Below, piece by piece: positions 9,801-15,803 of a stretch of DNA of 32,000 bases. The position numbers and the translations under genes were made by a program. The stretch comes from Sedimentisphaera cyanobacteriorum (GTDB lineage Bacteria > Planctomycetota > Phycisphaerae > Sedimentisphaerales > Sedimentisphaeraceae), in assembly GCF_001997385.1 (NCBI RefSeq), contig NZ_CP019633.1, positions 1,470,001 through 1,502,000 of the forward strand, written 5' to 3'. Numbering within the stretch: the stretch's first letter is position 1; every line of letters begins with the position of its first letter. The notes under the pieces are model-generated. The model made no database searches, was not told the origin of the DNA, and saw only the letters and a program-made list of their open reading frames with translations.

Positions 9801-12800
9801 CGAGATTGTATGTAAAGCTCTCTTCGAAGCTCTTGAGCCAGTTATTGCTGAACAGATAGAAATCGCCGTTGTCAACCCATTGGTTGCTGTCTATATCGCC
9901 GTACTGATCGCCTGCAAACAGCGCTGCTGCTGTATCGCTTGCCAGCGAGCCTTCTGCAGTAAGATAGGATTCCATCAGTATTGCAAGATCATCTGTACCT
10001 ACATACTTATCGCCGTTGAAATCTGCATCAGCAGGTTCGGGCTCGGGCTGGAGTGAATATGCAGCAGTAAGCTCCATATTTTCAGTAACGTTCTGGAGGG
10101 CGGCAAGTGAATACCTTGTATCGTTATTATACCAGCCTTCAAACCTGTACTGGAAGTCCGGCACGAGCGTTGGAAGCTCTGCGGCCTCACCTTCATCTAC
10201 CTGCTGGCTTGCGCCGGAGAGTATCTCGCCGTAATCGCCCGCATAGAAATTAACAGTATAAATATCAGGCAGTTCGCTGTAGATTGCAGTTACAGTCAAG
10301 TCGCTTGTAACATTATCGAAAGCAACATCCCAGCCGGCAAACTCCCAGCCTTCGTTAGCTTCGATTGTAGGCTCAGCTGCATCTTCGCCTTCGTAAACAG
10401 TCTGCACTGCGTCGCCTGAGGTAATAGTACCGTTGGCGCCCGGCATGAAGGTTACAGTATATGTTATCTGCTCATACTGAGCTGTAACTGTTAAATCGCT
10501 TGTAACATTATCGAAAGCAACATCCCAGCCGGTGAACTCCCAGCCTTCGTTTGCTTCGATTGTAGGCTCAGCTGCATCTTCGCCTTCATAAACGGTCTGA
10601 ACTGAGTCCCCAGCGGTTATGCTCCCGTTAGCTCCTGAGTCAAATGTTACTGTGTACTGAGGTATTTCGGTATAAGTTGCAGTTACAGTTAAATCGCTTG
10701 TAACATTATCGAAAGCAACATCCCAGCCGGTGAACTCCCAGCCTTCGTTTGCTTCGATTGTAGGCTCAGCTGCATCTTCGCCTTCATAAACGGTCTGAAC
10801 TGAGTCCCCAGCGGTTATGCTCCCGTTAGCTCCTGAGTCAAATGTTACTGTGTACTGAGGTATTTCGGTATAAGTTGCAGTTACAGTTAAATCGCTTGTA
10901 ACATTATCGAAAGCAACATCCCAGCCGGTGAACTCCCAGCCTTCGTTTGCTTCGATTGTAGGCTCAGCTGCATCTTCGCCTTCATAAACGGTCTGAACTG
11001 AGTCCCCAGCGGTTATGCTCCCGTTAGCTCCTGAGTCAAATGTTACTGTGTACTGCGGTATTTCGGTATAAGTTGCAGTTACAGTTAAGTCGCTTGTAAC
11101 ATTATCAAAGGCTGTATCCCAGCCGGCAAACTCCCAGCCGGCATCAGCTTCAACCGTTGGAGCTATCGCTGCGCCGCCGTAAGCAACGGTCTGCTCGGTA
11201 TCGCCTGAGGTTATAGTTCCGTTAGCTCCTGGGTCAAATGTTACTGTGTACTGCGGTATTGCGGTATAAGTTGCAGTTACAGTTAAATCGCTTGTAACAT
11301 TATCGAAAGCTGTATCCCAGCCGGCAAACTCCCAGCCTTCGTCTGCTTCTACAGTCGGAGCTGTCGCTGCGCCGCCGTAAGCAACGGTCTGCTCGGTATC
11401 GCCTGAAGTTATAGTACCGTTGGCGCCCGGCATAAAGGTTACTGTGTAAATCTCTTCTGTGTACTCTGCAGTAACGGTAATATCAGACGTTACGTTTGTA
11501 AAGTCTGTGTCCCAGCCTGTGAACTCCCAGCCTGCATTTGCAGTAACTGTAGGAGCATCTGCATCTTCGCCTTCGTAAACAGTCTGCACTGCGTCGCCTG
11601 AGGTTATAGTTCCGTTAGCTCCTGGGTCAAATGTTACTGTGTACTGCGGTATTGCGGTATAAGTTGCAGTTACAGTTAAGTCGCTTGTAACATTATCGAA
11701 AGCTGTGTCCCAGCCGGCAAACTCCCAGCCTTCATCTGCTTCTATTGTTGGAGCTGTCGCTGAATCGCCTTCTTCAACTTCCTGAACTTCATCGCCGGCT
11801 GTTATTGTTCCGTGATCGCCCGCATCGAATGTAACAGTGTATGTTGCAGCCTCAGCAGCTATCTGCTTTTCAACAGGTGTAAATATGTTTCCAACTGTCT
11901 CGTCAGAAATAAATTCAAAAGTTCCCTGTATATCGTAAATTTCATCTTCCGCGGCATCGTAAACTTTAAGTGTCATCCCGCTAACGGTGGACTCATCACT
12001 GAATACTACAAGAGGGAAGATTCTCTTCGTTGGTCCATCTGTTACATCTGAAACCCCTGCAATTTCTCCTCCCGGGGTCCAAGCAGAAAGCAGACTGCCG
12101 TCTGCGACGGCAATCTGCTGTTCATTTTCGTCAACCACGTAAGCCGTGATTGTCATTTTGTTTTTAAGCCCTGTTGGTGATGTCCAGTCAGGCGCCCCAG
12201 CTGGAAGCTGTTCTGAAAGCTCGGGCTCAGACTGGCTCGCTGGAGCTAAGGCACCATCAAAAAAAAAAGACTGTGCTGTAGCTACGTTAAGTTTATACCC
12301 CACACCGGGCACTAACGACTGCAAAGTACCATACCACTGTCCCTGATAGTACTGAGCGGTCTGTCCGCTTGGAGCAACGATTGTATCGAAATCGCTGAGC
12401 TGGGCATTCTGGAATGCGTCATCCAGACTTATAGGATCCTGAAGCGTAGAGCCGATCCAGTTCCAGCCTGATACAAGCGTTATTTCAGTTTCGGGGTCAA
12501 CAGGGAAACCAGTTACATCAAAGCTTCCGCCTGCCCCGCTGTTAAGTATGTACATCTTGCCCGGCTCAATAATATCGAGAGTTCCATACCAAGTTCCCTG
12601 ATAGTATTGAGCAGTTTCGCCTGCTGCGGATACAATAGAATCAAAGTCCTGAGCGATATTGCTGTAGTCAGCGAGTACGTTTTCAAGACTGTCATCATCA
12701 GGCAGAACAGGGAATGAAATCCAGTTGTATCCCTGATCCAGATTGTATGTCATAGAAGCTCCGCCAATCTGGAAAGTGAGAACCGGATAAGCTGCTCCCA

Positions 12801-14265
12801 TAGACCAAATTTGAGCGAAATTGAAATTCGGGAAATTGCTTTGCTGCGCCATCTGGGTTGAATTAAGAGCTGTTGAGTTTGTCTCGTTCTGGTCGCCCCA
12901 GCCGATAAACTCGCTTACGCCTGCCAAGTCGCTGTCGTAATGTGCGCTGTCAAGGCTTCCGCCATTGTTCCAGCCGATTACTGCGCCGAGGTATCCTTCG
13001 CCGCCCTGCTTGTCCATTATAGTACCCGCATAGTGTACGTACTGAACAGGGGCTTCGCCGCCGTTTTGGTCGTCTGTTTCGTTCAGGCCTACAACGCCGC
13101 CGAGTACTGTGTTATCCCCGTTAGTCTCATTTGCTACAACATTGCCTGCTGCATAGCAGTTCATTACCATACCGCTTGAATTGCGTCCGGCAACTCCGCC
13201 TGCATAGCCGAGGTATCCTGTTTCAACGTAACCCAGTGAAGCAGCTTCGCTTATTTCTGCGCTCTCGCCGGCAGTGGATATGCCGCTGTAGCCCACAATA
13301 CCGCCTGTATCGCTGTAGCGTCCGCCGATAACAGAGGCCTGTTCAGCCAAAACAGCCTGCTGAACGCTGCTGTTTAGAGACTGGCCTACAATACCGCCGA
13401 CTATTGAGCCGTTAAACGGTGCAGATGGTACAGTAACACTTCCGCCTGCCATTTCCGCGCCGGTTACTGCGCTGGACTCAAGATAGCCTACAACGCCGCC
13501 TGCTACCACACCGCTTGCATCAGCGATGATTTCTGCATTAACGCTCAGGTTGGTATATTCAGAGCCGTTATAAGCGTATCCCACGATACCGCCTGCAATG
13601 GTAGGATTCTCTGAATCGTCAATGCTCGCAAAGCCGGAATCTGCCACATCCATACTTCCCATGAATGAGCATTCGTCAATCGAACCGGTGGACTGTCCTG
13701 CTATACCGCCTGCGTTGCAGCCGTAGTCTGTTGCGATAGACACCTCAGACTGGCAATTCTGCAGAGTACCTGCGTTTGAAGCAACGATACCGCCAACAGC
13801 AAGGCCTTTGTCCTGGGCATCTATTGAACCAGCCGCAGAGCAGTTCTCGATAGTACCGCCGTTGTTAAAGCCGGCAATACCAGCTACAAATTCCCAGTTT
13901 CCGCTGTAAGCGCTGAGGTCGTAGTCGAGGTTTACGTTTAAGTTTTTGACAACTCCCTGCTGGCCGATCTCTTCGAAAAGAGCATCGTCGCCGGTTAGGG
14001 TGCCTTGATAGGAAACGTCTATAGTATTTCCGTCTCCATCAAAATTACCATTAAAACTACCGCCAATAACAAAGTCAACACCTGTGATGCTGCTTGTAAG
14101 AACGAAATAATCGCCGGAGTTAGGATTGTTCGTCGCTATCTCCTGCAAATCGTTCGTATTGGCAACCTGATAAGGATTAGCCTGTGAACCATCGCCGCCA
14201 GAGAAGGCAAGTGCGATAGAGGCCAGAGCCATAATACTGAGAGAAACTAATTTGAATCTTTTCAT
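6808..14265 (-). CDS. giant secreted modular surface protein (GLUG regions + Listeria-Bacteroides repeats + dockerin-like segment), 2485 aa
   Basis: This is an uninterrupted 7.46-kb ORF. I placed the start at ATG 14265 (GGAGA 5 nt upstream; MKRFKLVSLSIMALASIALA is a Sec signal peptide) rather than the first ATG at 14301. The domain order read from the translation is as follows. GLUG-motif region (about 12922-13899). Module A (12256-12750). Module B (11878-12195). Nine tandem Listeria-Bacteroides/InlB-B-type repeats (YTVTF..GWEFxGWD..VTAxY; 10057-11841). Dockerin-like double EF-hand (9835-10023). Module A (9322-9816). Three copies of module B (8230-9267). Four more Listeria-Bacteroides repeats (7432-8196). 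A second GLUG-type region (6811-7402). I recognised no LPXTG, PEP-CTERM, T9SS CTD or RTX motif at the C-terminus (...TVTDSQSTDDEF). Confidence 0.9.
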   Translation of the reverse strand: MKRFKLVSLSIMALASIALAFSGGDGSQANPYQVANTNDLQEIATNNPNSGDYFVLTSSITGVDFVIGGSFNGNFDGDGNTIDVSYQGTLTGDDALFEEIGQQGVVKNLNVNLDYDLSAYSGNWEFVAGIAGFNNGGTIENCSAAGSIDAQDKGLAVGGIVASNAGTLQNCQSEVSIATDYGCNAGGIAGQSTGSIDECSFMGSMDVADSGFASIDDSENPTIAGGIVGYAYNGSEYTNLSVNAEIIADASGVVAGGVVGYLESSAVTGAEMAGGSVTVPSAPFNGSIVGGIVGQSLNSSVQQAVLAEQASVIGGRYSDTGGIVGYSGISTAGESAEISEAASLGYVETGYLGYAGGVAGRNSSGMVMNCYAAGNVVANETNGDNTVLGGVVGLNETDDQNGGEAPVQYVHYAGTIMDKQGGEGYLGAVIGWNNGGSLDSAHYDSDLAGVSEFIGWGDQNETNSTALNSTQMAQQSNFPNFNFAQIWSMGAAYPVLTFQIGGASMTYNLDQGYNWISFPVLPDDDSLENVLADYSNIAQDFDSIVSAAGETAQYYQGTWYGTLDIIEPGKMYILNSGAGGSFDVTGFPVDPETEITLVSGWNWIGSTLQDPISLDDAFQNAQLSDFDTIVAPSGQTAQYYQGQWYGTLQSLVPGVGYKLNVATAQSFFFDGALAPASQSEPELSEQLPAGAPDWTSPTGLKNKMTITAYVVDENEQQIAVADGSLLSAWTPGGEIAGVSDVTDGPTKRIFPLVVFSDESTVSGMTLKVYDAAEDEIYDIQGTFEFISDETVGNIFTPVEKQIAAEAATYTVTFDAGDHGTITAGDEVQEVEEGDSATAPTIEADEGWEFAGWDTAFDNVTSDLTVTATYTAIPQYTVTFDPGANGTITSGDAVQTVYEGEDADAPTVTANAGWEFTGWDTDFTNVTSDITVTAEYTEEIYTVTFMPGANGTITSGDTEQTVAYGGAATAPTVEADEGWEFAGWDTAFDNVTSDLTVTATYTAIPQYTVTFDPGANGTITSGDTEQTVAYGGAAIAPTVEADAGWEFAGWDTAFDNVTSDLTVTATYTEIPQYTVTFDSGANGSITAGDSVQTVYEGEDAAEPTIEANEGWEFTGWDVAFDNVTSDLTVTATYTEIPQYTVTFDSGANGSITAGDSVQTVYEGEDAAEPTIEANEGWEFTGWDVAFDNVTSDLTVTATYTEIPQYTVTFDSGANGSITAGDSVQTVYEGEDAAEPTIEANEGWEFTGWDVAFDNVTSDLTVTAQYEQITYTVTFMPGANGTITSGDAVQTVYEGEDAAEPTIEANEGWEFAGWDVAFDNVTSDLTVTAIYSELPDIYTVNFYAGDYGEILSGASQQVDEGEAAELPTLVPDFQYRFEGWYNNDTRYSLAALQNVTENMELTAAYSLQPEPEPADADFNGDKYVGTDDLAILMESYLTAEGSLASDTAAALFAGDQYGDIDSNQWVDNGDFYLFSNNWLKSFEESFTYNLVQGYNWISFPVLPEDKSLANVMEGYEQIVEDFDSITASNGKTAQYFNGEWYGTIQNIVPTRMYVLYSANGGTFEVSGNEVGPEGVMNLYQGWNWLPFFQNQSMPIADAFQHLDVQDLDQIIAPNGEVAQYYGNQWYGTLDTLEPGVGYKFNVSKAQGFSYTHQVSPLEAMSIETAVNNKPNWSAPLGLSNQMKVYAKIVDENGDQIAASNGSELSAWTPDNPSTIAGATDKVILGPAGNHFQLVIFSDKNSVEDMSLKVYDADSDKIYNIVHTVDFQKDTELGNVVTFQVYSTDAGMPVNVPDWQNPTGLMNSMKVYAKVVDQNGDQIATANNSELSAWTPAGQIAGVTDEVVAGPTDDHFQLVVFSDETSVPGMGLKVYDAAADQVYEIIQRPDFEADTDLGNVLTLQVYTIGENAPDWQSPSGLQNQMQLYAKVTQGGVPIAQPDGSLLTAITPSGNIAGVAEVAANPSGTKYFPLTIFSDEDSFTGLIFKVYDAATDTVYDINETLDFQADAQIGNVTSLEELTVSGEQADSYTVNFWGGANGTLQGDVDQTVDLGEDASEPLVIANQGWEFTGWDGSFENVISDRNITAQYTDVTYTVVFNPGANGQITSGDELQTVPSGGDAVEPAVSADAGYTFTGWDTDFTNVSSDLTVTAQYEVTGYTVDFLPGAHGSITAGDDSQIVQHGQAAAEPTVTPDAGWEFTGWDTAFDNVTSDLTVTAQYQTAEFTVTFMPGNKGLITAGQAVQTVEYGDAAAAPTVTPIVGWQFDGWDTAFDNVTSDLTVTAQYEEGPAEEDEDGTEKDPWIIDDPTDWQKIIDNPSDHFIVNGDVDFGTNPLTNPLTVPFSGHLYSETNATLSYQINAAGLDYVGLFAVVSDGALIEYLNFNVDVTGRNVVGGIAGYFADSTIKDCSVSGIVDGDKFVGSFVGENRGLITGCSSDAGLGIGEVVGWAIGTNRGTVDNCVFSGTYEGGSIGIVGSDPSGTVTDSQSTDDEF
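7432..8196 (-). repeat. 4 tandem coding repeats (Listeria-Bacteroides repeat units, about 64 aa each)
   Basis: The translation shows four consecutive units: YTVNFWGGANG...ITAQY, YTVVFNPGANG...VTAQY, YTVDFLPGAHG...VTAQY and FTVTFMPGNKG...VTAQY. They are divergent at the DNA level. Confidence 0.8.
8230..9267 (-). repeat. 3 tandem copies of an unassigned ~115-aa module (module B)
   Basis: Unit starts lie at about 9267 (KPNWSAPLGL), 8905 (VPDWQNPTGL) and 8555 (APDWQSPSGL). Each contains SAWTP/TAITP, FxLVxFSDE and LKVYDAxxDxxY motifs. A fourth copy is at 11878-12195. Confidence 0.75.
10057..11841 (-). repeat. tandem array of 9 units with a ~198-bp (66-aa) period encoding Listeria-Bacteroides repeats
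   Basis: The landmark TTAA(A/G)TCGCTTGTAAC recurs at 10491, 10689, 10887 and 11085, exactly 198 bp apart. The translation gives 9 consecutive YTVTF...VTAxY units, aa 821-1415 counted from the 14301 ATG. Confidence 0.92.
10491..11084 (-). repeat. three consecutive 198-bp units, nucleotide-identical except for one base
   Basis: Segment 10491-10688 equals 10689-10886 base for base. Segment 10887-11084 differs only in TACTGCGG versus TACTGAGG. The encoded protein units are identical (EIPQYTVTFDSGANGSITAGDSVQTVYEGEDAAEPTIEANEGWEFTGWDVAFDNVTSDLTVTATYT). Confidence 0.95.
12259..12268 (-). repeat. A10/T10 homopolymer inside the giant CDS
   Basis: Ten consecutive A on the plus strand give T10 on the coding strand (TCT TTT TTT TTT GAT), encoding S-F-F-F-D at the end of the first module A. 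Confidence 0.95.
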
Positions 14266-14302
14266 TTTAATCTCCATGCATCTATTTATAACAAACAGCA
14301 TA

Positions 14303-14935
14303 TTAGTTGGAATTCTTTTTTCTTAATCTTCTCGCCGCGAGTCCTGCAGCTCCTGCCGCAAGCAGAGTTACGGTAGCAGGCTCAGGAATGATCGGATTCG
14401 GATTCACATCAGATGGTCGTCTGTAATCAGGGGCGCTGACGTTAGTAACATCAGGTTTTGAAAGTGTACCCGGGCTTTCAGCCGCTGCGAGATAACTTTC
14501 TACACTGCTGCTGTAGTCAGTACTGCTGATTGAATCGTTAAATCCGATATTTGGAGCAGGTATGCTTCGGCTCCTTCCGCCTTCTTCCAAACTTTTAATT
14601 CCTACCTCAACAGCTTCGTCTGATTCAGCAACCTGAAATGACGCTACCACATACCTCGGTCCATCCATAACCACTCTGGTAGATCTGCTGTCCGGGTTTT
14701 CCACATCGCCAATCCAGCACACAAACTCATAGCCTTTATAGGGCTGAGCAGCGATAGTAGCCACCTCACCTTCTTCATAGTAGTGAGCCTGACTCACTGA
14801 AGGGGTTACCACGCCGGCCTGTGCGAGTGTCGAGTCGGTGTAGAGCATGTAGCGTTTTGCCATCACAGTTCCGCTTGCCAGCAGAACCGCAATCAAAGCC
14901 AAGACACTACGGCCAAATAAACTTTTTGCACTCAT
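14303..14935 (-). CDS. PEP-CTERM-anchored small secreted protein with a divergent InlB-B-repeat-like domain
   Basis: The C-terminus IIPEPATVTLLAAGAAGLAARRLRKKNSN shows the PEP motif, a hydrophobic helix and a basic cluster, which together form the PEP-CTERM exosortase sorting signal. The N-terminal signal peptide is MSAKSLFGRSVLALIAVLLASGTVMA. I placed the start at ATG 14935 (GAGG upstream), giving 210 aa. The central segment YYEEGEVATIAAQPYKGYEFVCWIGDV...RYVVASFQ resembles a B-repeat. Confidence 0.85.
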   Translation of the reverse strand: MSAKSLFGRSVLALIAVLLASGTVMAKRYMLYTDSTLAQAGVVTPSVSQAHYYEEGEVATIAAQPYKGYEFVCWIGDVENPDSRSTRVVMDGPRYVVASFQVAESDEAVEVGIKSLEEGGRSRSIPAPNIGFNDSISSTDYSSSVESYLAAAESPGTLSKPDVTNVSAPDYRRPSDVNPNPIIPEPATVTLLAAGAAGLAARRLRKKNSN

Positions 14936-15046
14936 TTTCAACCTCTTACAGATTAGTATAATTTCGTTTGCTTTCACTATACAACTTTTTAAACTGCTAT
15001 TCAAGCAAAAAATTTTAAAAAGCTGATTTTTATTTTACTAAAAATT

Positions 15047-15076
15047 ATTATAATTCCTTCATCAAAGGATTTTCAA
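15047..15076 (-). promoter_or_regulatory. candidate sigma70 promoter for the PEP-CTERM/giant/barrel unit
   Basis: On the minus strand, TTGAAA (15071-15076) is followed by an 18-bp spacer and a perfect TATAAT (15047-15052). This lies about 110 nt upstream of ATG 14935 in an AT-rich divergent intergenic region. Confidence 0.4.
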
Positions 15077-15122
15077 TATCTGCGTTAGCCTTTAATTAGT
15101 ACTATATTATAAAAAAACTAAA

Positions 15123-15803
15123 ATGCAAGAAAAAATATACTCATTTTTCAATTCAGCAGCAAACAGCCTGAACCCCGAGGAATTCTGGGCATTAACGGCC
15201 GCAGAAGCCATTATTCCCCCAATAGTCTATATGACAATAGGGGTTTTGTATTTATGCTGGGGTTGGAAATTTTTTAAAGTTTTAACAGCGGTAACTTTTG
15301 CTATTACTGGTTTATTTCTCGGATTTAAGCTGGGGGAATTACTTGGTAGCCCCGTATTAACAGGGATAATTTTTTCAATAATTTTTTTATTTTTATCATT
15401 TCCAGTACTGAGATTTGCCGTTTCGCTTCTGAGCTGCATTATATTTTCCGCATTGAGCTGTATGTTCTGGATAGAGCAGGGGATGCCTGAGAAGTATATC
15501 ATAGCGGTATTTGTTGCCGGCTTGATCCTCGGAGCAGTCTTAGGCTACTGCCTCTTCAGGGCAGCTATAATAATCATAACCAGCTCTGCTGGGTCGTACT
15601 TCCTGCTTGCAGGGATATGGGCAGTGCTAAGGAAAAGCACCGAGCACACGGGCATAAACGCTGAGGAGCTTTTCAACGAGATCTCCGGCAGCGGGGTATA
15701 TATACTGATGTTTGTTTTGCCTGCTTTGGGAGGGGTATTAATGCAAATGCGAGAATTCCCGCTCCGAGAGAAGAAAAAGGATAAGAAGGAGGAAGAAGAC
15801 TAA
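15123..15803 (+). CDS. polytopic membrane protein of unknown function (DUF4203/TMEM198-like impression)
   Basis: A 226-aa ORF with about 6-7 hydrophobic helices and a charged C-terminal tail (REKKKDKKEEED). I recognised no catalytic motif, and the family call is weak. Confidence 0.7.
   Translation: MQEKIYSFFNSAANSLNPEEFWALTAAEAIIPPIVYMTIGVLYLCWGWKFFKVLTAVTFAITGLFLGFKLGELLGSPVLTGIIFSIIFLFLSFPVLRFAVSLLSCIIFSALSCMFWIEQGMPEKYIIAVFVAGLILGAVLGYCLFRAAIIIITSSAGSYFLLAGIWAVLRKSTEHTGINAEELFNEISGSGVYILMFVLPALGGVLMQMREFPLREKKKDKKEEED

Noticed and set aside
10057-11841. Regular ~198-bp periodicity that at first glance could suggest a CRISPR-like or satellite array.
   Set aside because: The units are contiguous with no spacers, are in frame, and translate to Listeria-Bacteroides repeat domains within one long ORF. 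This is a coding tandem repeat.
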